Shown here: piece by piece, positions 38,101-52,388 of the stretch
Position numbering within the stretch: the first letter of the stretch is position 1
Layout: every line of letters begins with the position of its first letter
Origin: Trichosphaerium sp. ATCC 40318
Taxonomy: Eukaryota; Protista; Tubulinea
Assembly (NCBI GenBank): GCA_038496445.1
Contig: JALMLS010000175.1
Coordinates: 1 to 64,000 of the forward strand
DNA length: 64,000 nucleotides
Direction: 5' to 3'
Notes under the pieces: model-generated
The model's input: only the letters and a program-made list of their open reading frames with translations
The model's database searches: none
What the model was told of the DNA's origin: nothing
Made by a program: the position numbers and the translations under genes

Positions 38101-40817
38101 CCGAAACCCTTCAAATACTCGGAGAACTTATAAATATTGACATAGCCAGTGTTTGAGTTATCAAGAATATACTTTATAGCCTTCTCTTCACTAGCTAATA
38201 ACTGATCTGTGCCTTGAGGAGCACCTTCAAGTTGTCTTGACGTCTTTGTAAACTTACAAAGTTGTTTAATGAAAGGCTCCCATGGTACCATGAATTTCTT
38301 TTGGAAACAAAAAAGTAAGCATTGATTCGATGATGAGTTCTTTCTTACTTCAGTGCCAAAGGCTTTTTGCCAGAATTTCTTTGCCTGTTCGTCATGCTTG
38401 AATATATCCTGTAATATTTCACGCATCGAATTGGTTGTACTCTCTTCTTCTTTGTTGTCTATTGTCTTTGTTTTCGCTTTAACTTTAATAGATTGAATGT
38501 ATCTAAAAACCTTATTTTAGCGTTTTGTAAGAAACTACGACACGTGCGTATCAAATGTGCTCATTTCTTCTGTAAGATTTGCATTGAGCTTTTCTATAGC
38601 TCCACGTAGCTGCCGGTTCTTTAGAAACTTACTGAAAACTGTCATTTGCTCCATACGATTCCATAAATCTGAAGATAATACTTTAGAAAAAAAAGAAAAA
38701 AAAAGACATCAACTCACCTTCAAACTGATACAAGAAATGCTCGAAAGCTAATCACGTGATTAATAGTTAGTATTATATATATTTGTAAGTTAAGCTTGTT
38801 AAAACATACTGGATATTCGTAAGAGCTCTATTAACTCCACAACCAAAGACGGGTTCATATCAACCAAATTATTAAGTGTTATCAACAGCTGTCGTAAATT
38901 ACCAACAAATTCTATTAGAGAAGGTTCGTTCCTGTATGAGAAATACTTATTAGATATAGTCTCAATGATTAACCCCGACGGGAACTTACTTTGATTGTAG
39001 TGTTTTCCACACTGCCACAATCCTTTCCCGAAGTTTTTTCATTTTCTCAAGCTTAAAAACAAATGGTTAAACGCTAAATATTCCAAGCTCCAAGAGCCTT
39101 AACACAATACCTTTTGCTTGTTGATAGCAACTAAATAAGGTGGAGGTGTTTGAACCAATCTTGCACTCTGAAAAACAAAAAATAAGTCAAAACAAGCAAG
39201 GAGGGAAGAACAACAAAACAACACAAAACAAATGAAATAAAAAAAACATGTTGATGACGTACCACGCAGTTCTGATAATTATCCGGAATAGCCTTAAAAC
39301 AATAGTGCACTACTTGTACCGCTCTAGCTTTGGAACTCATCCCACGAATAAGTAGTGGAGCAAATTTTTCTGCGACTTCCACCTCTTTCAATTTACCTTT
39401 TTTTGAATTCTTTGTTAGCAACATTAATGTCTTATGATTTGGACGTATACCTTTCCTGCAAATACTTGTCAATCCGCGCATCAAGTACAATAAAGCCAGG
39501 TATTGGGGCTTAGGAAAACAGTATATAACAGGAAGCAATGCGTCAGTAGCACCTAAAAATCGCGTTACAATAAAACAAATATTTTACTTTTCTAGTTTAG
39601 GTACCTGCACGCTCTACTTCTGGCAGTAACTCCTCTGGGAATAAACCGTGTGGTAACTGGCGTAAGAAAAGCATGAGTAAAGAAGCTGCTTGCTCGTTTC
39701 TAGTGAATGCAATGTCTTGCCCTGTAAGAAGTATTTGTACTCTCAAATTCATTTGTTGTTAAGTGCCTGAATTGAAGTTGTTCCTCAACGTAAAAGTGTG
39801 GGTTGTAGGATCCGACATGCGAAATACATTAGTGCTTGCTCTAGATCCATGGTAATTAGCTTCCAAGTAGTCCAAAGAAGTAGCAAGTATTTTAGGTATT
39901 TCACCAGAGCGTCTAACGCCTTTTGTAAATCCTACAAAAATTAAATATAGCGTCACGTGGTTGGTTGAAACAAAACGCACGTCTAGCTTCCTTTGTTAGA
40001 ACTACAGTCAACGGAATATTAAATATACGACTACCATAAAGCATGGATGATACTTCTTTCGGTTTATGCTACACATAGATACAAAATTAGAAGCGATGAA
40101 AGGTGTGAAGACAAATACTGAAAACTAAAAAAACAGGCTCTTTAGTTGAACCACCGAGCTCGTGTACCAAGTATGGCCTTATCTTGTTTGTGTATTCAGC
40201 CAGATCATCACCCAACATACGTGTTGTGGCGCACTCAGCTTGGTTTATCCAATACATCTTTGACTCTTGCGATTCGGCAAAAAACGTATGTACTGTATGC
40301 GTTGAAAGATTTACGAAATGGAAAGGCGCTGATTTATCTAAATGAACGAGAGTAAGCCGTAAATACGTCACAATCACGTGAGGTTAAAAAAAAATACTAA
40401 TTTAATTACGCCTTACCCTCAGCAAACCTATGATCGTCCAATACAAGTACTTCCTTCAGTGGTAGTGTTACCTTTAAGTTATAGCTCGTTTGAGACTCTC
40501 CACTGGATGAATTAGAAATCACCTAAACAAAAAAAAAAGACGTTAGTTTGATGCTTTTTGCTGCTTTTAATTATCACGTGCCAACGCATCAGTAAACAAA
40601 AAAGCTACAACTTCCTTAAATACTAATCCGGCTTTCATTTGCAGTTTTCCTTGCGTTAATAGTGTCCCTTTATTGAACCATTCGGCTTTACAACACATAT
40701 CAGAATTTATCAAACATAAAAACCAAAATTATAGTCCAGAGGCCTTTGGCATGGCAGTAAAACTAAAAAATTATACTTACCCATGGAATGGGCCAGCGAA
40801 GAGCGGTTCCCAGCCAT
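35183..40817 (-). CDS. Multidomain signalling protein PH-RhoGAP-(EF-like)-SH2-SH2-REM-RasGEF(CDC25); multi-exon
   Basis: PH (AFLFTDAL.., ESKMYWINQ); RhoGAP (IFNIPL, VFRMS, LFLRQLPHGLFP); SH2s (WFHGFLS..GTFVVRFSES; WFYGDIS..GTYLLRFS); REM (FLLTYRTFTTPHRLIEIL); CDC25 (EIARQIT, LNNFEGAM, PPLIPF, KINFHKR). Confidence 0.85.
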
Positions 40818-41056
40818 TTGTTATAACCAATAGTTTAATATCGCGCCCTAGTGTATTGCAGTGTTCGAACTGGCGTACTTTGTCGGTTTAGGCTGCTGGT
40901 AAGTCAAATACTGGTCAATTTTGTGCTACCTACTTTGAAAGTGGTTTGTGTAGCTATTTTGACAGCTGTTATTATGGCATGAATTAGTCGTTTATTTTTA
41001 GGTCACGTGATTTAATTAAAATATTTATAAAAACAATGCGTTGGAAGTTCCTACTT

Positions 41057-42067
41057 CTACCACTTCAATTTTAAGTAACGAACAACACCACCACGTTCTG
41101 GAGAGTACTCATCTAAGTCACATTGCAATCCAGTTTTTTCTTCAATGTACCTATCAATTATTCTCAGAGGGATGTGTAGACACAGAGTCATTTGTATACG
41201 TACTGTATAAGACGCGCTTGACGCTGTTCAATCTGTGGAGAACACGCTTTTTGAGAGCCAACTACAGAAAATAATTTGTGAATAAAAAAAATATTTGAAT
41301 AAAGCCAAAACAGAATTATTTGTTAATTTATACGTACCACCTGTTGATAGGTATCTACATAATACAACATCAGTGTAGCTATAGTTTGCTCCTTGTGCTA
41401 CATTCTTATCTTTGGCTCCAACTAGGCGCACAGTGTACAAAGAACTGACAACAAACATTAGACTAAAAAAGTGAAAAAAAATAAAGAGACTTTACTCCTA
41501 GCAAACATGCTTCATACAGCGCCAACACGTGGTGCATTCACGGTTGGGCTCACCTTTGTTTTGCCGCTTTTTGCATGTGCGGCCATATAGTCTTTATTAG
41601 CTTATCAGCGCGATACGCAAGAGTCATATTTGGTACGCTATGATGTTGTCCAATCTCCCTCAATTCGTGGCTGAGCATTCTGCTTTTATCAACGCCCAGT
41701 GCGTCTGAGGAGTACGGAATCTGGAAAAAATCGAGCTCTGCCTTTAGTAGCGCTATATTCATGTTCGGCGGAGCGTAAACAAACCCGTTGCGGTGAAAAT
41801 TCAAAACCACATTGAAAGCAGTTGGATCTCGATCAAAGAAGTATGATCCATCATCGTCTGAGTAGTATTAGGCAGATGTTTGAATTACACGTTCAAAAAT
41901 TAAACAAACTGACCTGGCTTTATCAAAGACGCATTCTCCTCCGCAAACATAGTCCCCAGGAGGGTTTTTGGGTATTTTTTGATTGTGTCAAGCGTTGTTT
42001 CAAATAGCGTACCGCCGACATTTAGTTTCAAGCGGCCGCTGTGACTACCATTTAGAGCTCTTTTCAT
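41057..42067 (-). CDS. KCTD-type BTB/POZ domain protein; multi-exon
   Basis: LKLNVGGTLFETTLDTI..YPKTLLGTMF, YFFDRDP..VLNFHRNG, ELDFFQI. Confidence 0.88.
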
Positions 42068-42123
42068 GACATAGAGCTTGTTTATGAAGTTTGACCAGAA
42101 AAAGTCGCCAAACTGCGCTTGCA
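42068..42123. promoter_or_regulatory. Putative bidirectional promoter (56 bp between divergent ATGs)
   Basis: ATG at 42067 (-) and ATG at 42124 (+). Confidence 0.4.
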
Positions 42124-43529
42124 ATGTCTTATAACAGCGGTAAAGGCGTAGACGCATTTTTTAAGAACTTAGCACAGCGCAATAGAAAGCGAAAGATAGA
42201 AGCGCTGCGTAAAGTGTTTAATGAGCTAGACACGGATTCAAAGTGCGTTTAGGAACGTGTATGAAACCTAATAAAATCCTAGCGGTACATTAGAGTACAA
42301 TGAAGTAATGGAAGCGTTAAAGACCTCGAAACTACCATTCACGGAGGTAACGGTATCCTCAAACATCCAAAATTAACGGTTTGTAGGACGATATTCAAAT
42401 CATGTTTTTAGTCGCAGACTCTAACAATGATGGAGAAATTGACTTCAAAGAGTTTGTACAGATTGCTCAAGGTATTTAATAGCTCTTAAACAAAGCACGG
42501 ATTAAAAGAGCTATCTTCTTACACCAGCTAGGCGTTTACTTCACTTCGCTCAAAAACATCGCAGCAGGTTAGAAATCTTGACGTAAAGTTGTTTTTGACA
42601 AACTGTTAGACTGGAACGCACAAGTCACTCATGACGCCACATCCTTGCGTACTATGTTCGATAAGATAGATCACGATAATAAGTACGTGCTTCGTGCGTT
42701 GTCAAAAAACACTAGACATAACTTTAACACCGCTTTTTTGATTTTAATTGTTTAGTGGCGTTATCGACTTGAATGAGCTGGAAGTGGCCTTAAAAATTGC
42801 TGGTGCAAATCTCACAACCGTACGTATTTTTAAGGATGTGTTTGATCGTGTGTGGGCTTTTTAAAAGCTCGTAGGCGCAAGTAGAAAAATTATTTAAAGA
42901 CGCTGATAAAAACAATGATGGAGCTCTTGAATTTTCAGAGTTTCTGGGTATAGTTGAAAGTGCTGGGTTAGGAACATTCAGAGTAGGCACAAATAGTCAA
43001 TGTACGTGGTAAAAATGTCATATGAATGTGACACATTGTTACGAGAAAAAAATGAGAATTTCCGTAATGACGCTTTGTTTAGCCACTACTAAAAAAGCTA
43101 TGGCTTTATTTGCTCTTGGTGTACCTGCACAAAGCGCTTATCAATCTTATTTACAAAGATCACTTCCATGGGCTTGGAGAACAAGCGGGGAAGGTATTCA
43201 AACATATGCAGGTACTGCTGCACGATTGTTCCCTTCCCAAGCAAAATTGTACAATGCAACATTATCCCTCACCCGTTTCCAATACGTACGTGTCTGTGAC
43301 AATTCGTAAACTTACTTGAGTTTCTAGGGAGCTATAAATCAACAAGTTCGTGCTACACAGAATATGTTTTCGAGAGCTTGGGTTACCAGAGCGTTTATGC
43401 GTAGAAACGCTAGTGTACGCATTTACTTAGCGTTGTTATGGGCTTACTGAGTGCTTGTAGGTCACTACTTTCATGTGTTGTACTGCTATGGCGTATCAAG
43501 GTTGGAGATTGTATGTAACTAATCAATAA
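42124..43529 (+). CDS. Four-EF-hand calcium-binding protein with hydrophobic C-terminal extension; multi-exon
   Basis: EF loops DTDS.GTLEYNE, DSNNDGEIDFKE, DHDN.GVIDLNE, DKNNDGALEFSE. Confidence 0.82.
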
Positions 43530-44099
43530 CAAAACGATCGCATTGAGATACTTTTATTGATGATATTATTTACAAGAGGCACCTTCAGCCCAATAAAGGC
43601 GCCCCGAATGGATTTACGTTCTCTATAGTGTAGAAATATCGCTATGGAGAACCCAGACCCAGTCGTTGCGCCTTTTGCTCACTCCTCGAAACCGTGGCTG
43701 ACAAGTTTTCCATTGGGTAGTTTATCCATTAAGAAGGACTTTCCAAGTTATCACCGCTACAACCTAGTTTAATTCTGAGATATTTGGTACATTACACAAT
43801 TAAGGCTTACTGGTGTTCGAGATAGTAAAGAAGAGATACAGTACTGCCTATTGTGTCATCAAGGGGTCCATCAGAGACTTGTTGCTACTGTTGTTATAAT
43901 CGATGTTTTGTGAGTATAAGAGGCTATTAAGGCATGTCGCGTGTATGTCTTTATTTAGTATGAGAAAAGCGTGGATGTACTGATAGCGTTGACATTCAGA
44001 AAACACGCAGCACGTGCATTTTGTGATTGTCGTTTTCTATGTTAAGTATGACACTGATTAAGTTGACACGAAGTGTCGTTTCAAGGGTAGTACACAGAG

Positions 44100-46447
44100 A
44101 TGCAAGGTGACAGGCCAAATATTACGCCTGTTAGGCTCCTATTAATGGCAGGCTTTTGGTTGTCGTTTATGTTCTTCTATTCGTTCTACACGATGATACT
44201 TATACCTGATCAAACTGTAAAAATGGTAGGAGAAGATAATAAAGGCAAAGGCATAGCAGTTACCAGTTTCGGAGCAGGTTTGGTACGTGGAGCAATAAAT
44301 AATTTCAAATAATTTTCAAAAGCGTTACTGACGCTATTGTAGATCGCAGCGTTCCTCCCGCCATTAATGGGCGCCATCAGTGATGAGTATTGATTGAGTT
44401 TAAATAGCGTCGTTCTAAATCTTATTAGCTATGGCGGATACTGGCGTAAATATGGGCGTCGAAGGGTATTCGTAATCCAGGGAGCGTACGTAACGTTTCG
44501 TCGTCGACAAATTGCTAAAATCGAATCCCAGCATAATAAACTGTATCGGGCAAGGCTTAGTAGCGATATCAACGAGATTGCGTACGAAAACAAAGCCCAC
44601 AATCCATTTCTCCAATAAACTGAAATTTTGTTTTAGAGAGTTTTCCTTTGTATGCTATGAGTTTCTTTGTTGCTTGTTTTGGCGTACAATTCGCTCAGGC
44701 TCCTTACAGTGCGATAATACCTGATATTGTACCAACAGCCCAGACAGGATTGTACGAACAATTTTAAAATAAGAATTTACATCTCATTACTCTTATAGTG
44801 CGTCTGGAAGCGTAGGATTCATGTAAGTTCATATGAAAAAGTCAAGTAACAGGATTAAAGATATCTAATGGCTTTTTCTTGGATTTTTTTCTTTTCTCGC
44901 TTGCGTTCTCAATGTGCTCTAGGCAAATGCTTGGTAATGCTCTAGGAGGCTCTATGGGTTTTGTGGAAGGAAGTATAGGAACTACTTATGCCATTTTCGT
45001 TTCTATTGGATTTCTGGCATTGGGAACAACAATTTTCGTATTTGGGTATTTTTTTTTGCTTCAAAATGAGTTGTTTGACTTAGTACTTATATGTTTACTC
45101 TTGGTTTCTAAACACTACTATTAGAATATCAGAGGAGCCTGCAGATAAAGGACATAGCCCATTACAGACTGTGAAAGAGAGTTGCTCGAGTTGTCAATCA
45201 ATTAAAGAAATATGGGATGGTTTAAAGTCTCCTTTCTACCATAGTAACTTCAGATGGGTATTCTTTACACGATTTTTAATGACAATGGGTATCACTACTA
45301 TTATAATACGTAACAAAGTGGTTGCTAATTGTCTTGACTTTAGGGCTATACACTGTCCAAGGATTCATACAATTCTTTGTACAAGAAGCAATTCCACATG
45401 GTGAACTTTCATATCCCGCTTTAAATACTACTTCTATAGCCCCAGGATCGCCTATGTCACCAGGAATAGGGTTTAACTCAACAGCTCCTATGGAACCTGT
45501 TTATCGCTATCAATTTTTTAACTTGTTTGTAATTCATGGATACAAGGTACGTTTTTGATCGATTGTTTTTCTCAAATGTTTCTCACTTTTGGTGTATTGT
45601 AGGAAGCTACTTCTGTTGTTTTAGTTGCTTTACTTGTTGGCGCAATGATAAGCGCTGTCATATCGGGTTTCTTGGCTGATAGATATGGTAGTAAACTATT
45701 TGTTTACATATCAGGTGTAACACAAGCTGTGGCTATTGTGCCGTTTTTTTTCATGCGCTCTTTTGAAGCTACAATATTCCTAATGTTTGTCTTTGGTCTA
45801 GGTACGTGTTCTCTAATAATACTACTATCCATCTTTAGTGGAACGAAATTAAGCCCATTGCCAAGCAAGCATCAAAGAAAGTTGTTTTTTTTATCCAACG
45901 TTTGATCGTTCAAGTTTTTTTCCGTGCTAGTTTACTTCCTTTTAATTTACTTAATTCTATTTACGATAGGTTATGGATCATATCAATCAGTAGATTGGAT
46001 GCTTGGAATCGAATGCTTGCCCGATAAGGAGCGTGCTGCAAAAGATATGGGTATTTGGCATTTCTCAATGACACTTCCTCAAGTGTTTGCTCCTGTAATT
46101 GCTGGTACGGTTCCTTCCACTTCCATATCAATTTACCACTATTACATACACGTATATAATCTAATATAATAAACACAGGCTTTGCTCTGGACATCTTTGA
46201 GAAGGTTGGCGATCGCAAGCTGCATTTGGGTTACTCTGTGATTTTTGGTCTAGCTTTTATTTATATTATTCTGAGCACTATCCTTGTTGGGTTCATTAAG
46301 CTTGGACCTCGTAATAATGGTATGGATGTACTACCTGACTATGATTTGGACGTTGATGTGAATACGGATCATATTCAGGATGATGGAACAGCTATTGCTC
46401 TAGACGATCTTGCGCTTACTGATTCTGCCAGTAGCGATTCAATGTAA
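44100..46447 (+). CDS. Major facilitator superfamily transporter; multi-exon
   Basis: Many TM segments; GAISD..KYGRRR, GFLADRYGSK, GSYQSVDW, AKDMGIWH..LPQVFAP. Confidence 0.88.
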
Positions 46448-46725
46448 AATAATAAGTAATAACAAACTGCCACGATAATAAAACTGACAGTTCTAGCATT
46501 CTGGCAACACGATAAAACTCATACGGAGTCCAGGTTTAGATCACTTTTTACTGTTGAATAAAACAGGCAAATTTGCCTGTTTTTCCTGATCAAAAACAAT
46601 TCTTCTCTCGTTTTCTTCCACAATTCGCCTACCCAAAAAAAACTCGACGATCAACTGAAGTCAAAACGAACTGTGAATTCTTCGAATTGTTAAATCTCAT
46701 ATCCTCTCAGCCTCAAAGTATTGTA

Positions 46726-48462
46726 ATGGCTGAATTAACAATTTCAGGTTTTGTCAAAGCAATTAAAGATGTTTTTTCTAATATATAGCTATAGACCTTC
46801 CCATTGAGATCTACGATCGTTTTTTGAGCGAAGTAGCGGGTTCTTCGTCCACTTTAGCTGGTTTATTACCATTGCGGCTTGTTTCACGTAAATTTGAATG
46901 GGCGGTATCATCAATGCGCTTGTGGCAGGTACGACATAATTATTATCAACTTGAAGCTTCAAAATACACAATCGTCAGCCGGCAATTCACTTAAACAATG
47001 TCAACAAAATCAATGACCCATTTTTACAGGACTTGACGAACAAATACGAGTGGAAACATAAAATAACCTTCCAAGGCAGCGTCAAAAGAATGATTGGACA
47101 CAAACAATTGGTAAGTACTTGTAAGTAGAATCCCAACAAAAGCATTCGTCTTTTATAAATACTGACATCAATGATAAATAGATCTATGCACTTGTTCATG
47201 ACCACGAAGATACTGCCAATACTTGTAAAATACACGTGATAGATACGGATAAATCATGTATTGTTAAGACAATCCCTCTTGATTTGTTATACGTCACTAT
47301 GTTCGAACGCAATGATTTATTGGATGATAGCTTGCATTTAAGTATGACTTGTCAATTTGTTTTTTATGTGCTTACTTATGACAGTTGGTATTCATTTTCA
47401 GGGACGAACCAATAGCCTTTATGACATTGACTTGGATACTGGAAAGCATAAATCTATTGTACAGCAACGAAGAGATCATCCGATAAAGGTAGGTGAAGTT
47501 TTTTGGTGGTTTTTTTTTCTTGATTGTACTCTGACTTCATTTTTTTAGCATGCAATCATGTCCAAATCGGGTGCAATTACTCTTTATTGCAAGATGTTTC
47601 CCCATTTACCCTATTATGGTGTTATGAATGTTACACATTTTAAAGATCCAGCACAACGGGGTGTCCAGTTGGCAATGGATTTACAAAATGGTGCTACCTG
47701 TATAGGTGTTGGTACATTGCCAAATGATTCTGTGGCGGTTGTATTATCTATTTACACTTTATGCTTGGAATCACCAAAAAAATTGTTCGAAGCAAAGAAG
47801 TGTGTACATGCAGAAACAGCTTTAGCTGGGATTGTAACACCAGAAGGGGATGTGTTGTTAATTTATAACGACAAGACTAAGATATCTAAGTTGTACAATA
47901 ACTTCGATAAGGTACTCTATTATTCGGATTTCTTTACTTCTTTTGACCTTTTTTCATGTGGAGTGCTTCTCTGACATGCGAAAGCAAACTTTTTGACCGT
48001 GTAGTTAATCATGAACTGCCGCAAATTCTATTTTCCTAGGAACCGTATTATTTTTAGTTAGTGATTTTTCAATTTCTGTTTTTACTCTTTTGATGGCTTC
48101 ATATTGATACTAAAAATCGCCAAACTATATAGCTAGCACTAGTTACGCTATTATTTCCTTTTTTCTTACTTTTAGATTTCTAGTACGTCACAATAGTGAT
48201 TCAAGGAAACGACAATATAAAGGGAAAATATTCAGCAGCTGTAGTGGTAGACAACAATCTATACGCTTGTTTTGGAGAAGCAACTTATAGAAAGGTACCT
48301 GGGCAAGCAAAGCATCAAGAACGTCATACAACACATCTATATCAAATGGAATCAGTTGGCAGCTTTTATGAGAGTGCAACTGAAACGGCACTGAAGAATC
48401 ATAAACAAGACATGGAAGTGTTTCCGAATCTTTTTGCAGATGACAGTGACGACGATTACTAA
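46726..48462 (+). CDS. Hypothetical protein with N-terminal F-box-like motif; multi-exon
   Basis: ISDLPIEIYDRFL..LRLVSRKF after the first intron; spliced ORFs run to the stop at 48462. Confidence 0.55.
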
Positions 48463-48739
48463 ATTAATGAAACGAAAGACCTATCCGCCTTATACCTAAG
48501 TGCATATTATCTCATTGTAATGGAAACAACACATTGCGGCAAGAGAGTCTGAGTTTCGTATTTATTGCATTTTGAAAAATCAGAAACAAATTTCACGTGC
48601 AGTAAGTCACGTGTACGTATTGCTCGTTTATTCTTAAATTGTAAGAGTGAAAGCGTTTTTTTATTATTTGACACTTCGCAGTGTTCATCAGTTAGGGTGC
48701 AGTTAGAATAATTTACATATCGCTTTTTTACAAGAATTC

Positions 48740-49774
48740 TTAGCAATGTGACCGAACATCCTTGTTAAAATTAGCAGTTGTTAAACTAAGACCAGTAAGA
48801 ACGTACATATGCATTGCACCCCAAGATCCAGTGAGCGCGCATCCAATATCATCACACCAATTCTTACACATTATCGCAGGTGTGTATGGACCTTCCCATG
48901 GAGTGACAAATCGGTGTTCTCCTTGGTTTACAGCAAACAAGATTCCGTTTATTTGACCTTCGACTGGCTCATACATTGGTTGGACTGGAACCTACACCAA
49001 TATAATAAGCTTAAATCAACACACTATACAGTATACGTACAAAAGTAGATGAATTCCATGTCATATTGCCACGAATAGCAGTGTCATAACTGTAGTGAGT
49101 GCTAAAAGAGCAATTAAACGCCAGTGCCAAATATATAAAAGACGACACTCACCCCATTCCAGGTATGCAATTACCTCTCATCCAACCTTCTTTTATAGCT
49201 TCTTGGCTTGTGAGAGGAATATTTAGTTCGCCATTGATACTCAAGACTTCACCCAGGACGTTAGGAGATACTTTTCCGGAACACCTTGATAAACAAACTT
49301 AGCTTTTTCGTATTTCTATTTTGACGTACAACATCGCTGGCTCACGTGTACGTATGAATACTTCAAGAGCGTTATTATAATCGGCATTATATGTTACATT
49401 CTTGTAGAATGGAGAAAGGTCATATGGGTAAACTGGATGAGGAAATATGCGAACACCAAACCCGGCAAGTTGCCCTGCCGATGTAAAATAAAGTATGTTA
49501 GGTTCCTATGCGATGGTGTTAGAGTTCTATTAATAAGTGTTCATAAAACCAGTACCTTGGTGCTTTTAGGACCTGCTTTTGCGTATGCAATACCCTGTTT
49601 AGCTGTGCAATCTGATATAGCCTTCCAACCAGCTCGTTCAGCGGCTGTCGTAGTTACTGGCATCGAAGAGAACACAAAGAAAGTGCGCAGAAGTTTGTTG
49701 CCTTGTATTTGTGCTTGTGCATGATAGGCAATTGATAAGACTACCACAAGAAACAATAGGTGAGTAGTTGCCAT
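48740..49774 (-). CDS. Secreted Cys-containing protein of unknown function; multi-exon
   Basis: Signal peptide; internally repeated P.T..AA...GW motif; CIPGMG-THY; ends RSHC*. Confidence 0.7.
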
Positions 49775-51098
49775 TGTTACACGTAATTTAGAATGGATTT
49801 AGGAATTAAGCGATAAGGTACTTTGGAAATTCCCAGGATTTAATAAAATTGGTAGCGCTACTTTGGGATATTCTCATGTACCAAGCAATAGGAGCTAATA
49901 TATTTACGCGATTTTCACCTCAGAACTAACGTTCTTCCAATCCGAATGAATACTGTTTTTCAAAATTCACAAAAATTCATGAATTGTTGACTAAATTCAT
50001 ACGCACAGTGCTGCATAAAATACGGTTTAACATATACTTTCTCGTAAGTTGACAATTTAGCCACAAATTTACCAACTAGCGAACCAATACAAAAAAGCTG
50101 CAATATTGAGTACATAGTATCATCTACGCACAGAGATACCAAAATTAAAGGTTTTACGCAGTTTTTTTTGCGAGCGTAACTTCTTTGGGAACAGAATTGG
50201 ACACAAAAAACGCTCTTAGGTGAAATTTTCTCTCAAAATGTTGGTCAAATATGGCAAGACTTGTGCGCCTTCTGCCATTTCTTTTAATTGTGCTAAACAC
50301 GCTTGATTGTTGGAAGAAAACACCAAGCAACTTTTTTACAACTTCACTGAAGCAAACTCCAAGATCTGACATGGTTGCCTTGAATAATATGAATGTATTT
50401 AGGTTACTCCTGGCGTTTAATACTTTAGACTGTGCCAACCGACTCCATAATACACTCTTAAATCGATCACGTGACAAGTTGCGTGTTGCCTAACACTTCT
50501 TGCTTTGTGAGCGAAAATATGTTCATAGGCATAAATGGGACAAATAACGTTCCTGCCAGACAGATTTGACATAAATCTGTAACTGTTCCTTACTCAACAA
50601 AAAAAAACTTTCCAAAAAAAAACATGTGCAATGAGACCGTAGGGCGCTGTACTACAATTTTGAAAAAAAAATGAAACGGATAAAGTCTGTGCTGGGTTTC
50701 CTTTTTGAGAAAGTAAAAAAAAAAACTGAAGCGTTACTTGACCTGACTCGACAATAGTGTAGCAGCACTAGATTTGTTCTATAACTCAAGTGACTATGTG
50801 CCAACGCAAGTGAATGTTCCTACTAATTTCCCGCTAAAACGCGGGAAAAGTTAAGCCGAAGTGAGGATCCCGAGGGAAAATTTTATCCGGTATAAAAAAC
50901 GACTTTTCAACACCACCGTGAAGTGTTATTGCGATCTTTTTCACATGAATCTCACTTAATTTACCCCTGAACGGCTATAAAATTTACCCGGTGGGTGAAC
51001 TTAATCATATGAATCGAGCTTATCATCAAAGCAACGGAAGAGTTTCAACCTTCCTTTTTTTTTTATTTGTTTTTTCTGAATTCACCATCTCATTTGCG

Positions 51099-52388
51099 AT
51101 GCCTTGCCCAAAAATGTGGCCTATGTATCTAGAATGTAGCGGAAATGGCCGTTGCGTTAATAGTACTTGTATATGCTTCAAAGGGCACGACTTTATTTAA
51201 TTTCTTAGATATCTGGTAATTAACAATGTGTCAAAGATTTTTTTACCATATTTTCTCTTTTTTCTTCACAAAAACCGTTATTCACTGTTTAAAAAACGCT
51301 TATGTGATATATTCCAGGTGGTCCGGAGATGGTATAACGCTAGGGCTTACTGATCAAGCGTGTTATACGAATAAGATTGCGATTATTGTTGTTTATTCAG
51401 TTGTTGTTGTTATGGGCATTATACCATTTTATATGGCGTTAAGCAAGCTATATGACTTGAGACCTTACAAGAGATGGATTGTATTTTTTGATTTTAAGCA
51501 AAATCACGGACTTCTGTTATCAATAGCTTTCATTTGTTTCTGTTCGTAATCCGTCTACGGCACTCATTTTTTTCTTACTTTTATTTAACTAGTTTCTGGC
51601 ATGTCTGGTGTTCTCCTCATTGCTGGATACAGGCCCACTAGAGATGTTGGAGCTGTTTTGACTTGGACAGCATCAATGATATCACATTCAGCTTTTCTGA
51701 CTATAATGTCTCTGCGACTTATCTCGTACGTTTTTTATTGCTACTTACGATTTCTTACAAAATTTTGTGCAGAGTTGTTAAGCATGTTCCGAAAGGGGAA
51801 CAGTTTGAGCATGAACTCAAGTGGGTAAGAGGTTTAGAGTATTGTACACTTGTAGGAAGCATACTGATTGATATTGGTATACCTATAGCAACGTTCTTTG
51901 CAGCAGGGATTCAAATAAGATGTACTTTTTGTTTGTGTACATTTGAGATTCTAATTGTTCTTCTAGATTTTTTCGCAGCCGGCGTTGCCTTTGCGTATTT
52001 AACCACCGTAATACCACATGTTTTGATAGCTTTTGTATGTGGAAGACGTATTGTTATTGGTCTTGAAGATGCCGCTAAGTTGTCCAATGATCGCGAAAAT
52101 GTTAAGCCCGCTATAGAGAAATTACAGAGCGTAAGACGAGCGATTATACTACCTCTACTTGGTGTAGCCGTTGTCTGTGGCTTGGTACTAGTATTTCTAG
52201 TTCTTATGGACTACGTATTCGCAATAATGCACGTGATTTTCATAGCTGCAAGCTTGAGAGTAATGATAAAAGTGATAAAAAAGAAACAAGATAAAAAGCC
52301 ATCTACAGCACATTCACTAAGGACGAGTCATATTCATATGACAACTGCTAAAACAGCGCATGTTGCTTCAGCTGTAGTTGCAGTATGA
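51099..52388 (+). CDS. Multi-pass (about 7 TM) membrane protein with N-terminal EGF-like module; multi-exon
   Basis: CSGNGRCVNSTCICFKGWSG followed by several hydrophobic helices and a basic cytoplasmic tail. Confidence 0.7.

Noticed and set aside
50154-50493. Overlapping 107-aa and 80-aa ORFs in a long intergenic gap
   Set aside because: No recognisable motif or splice support.
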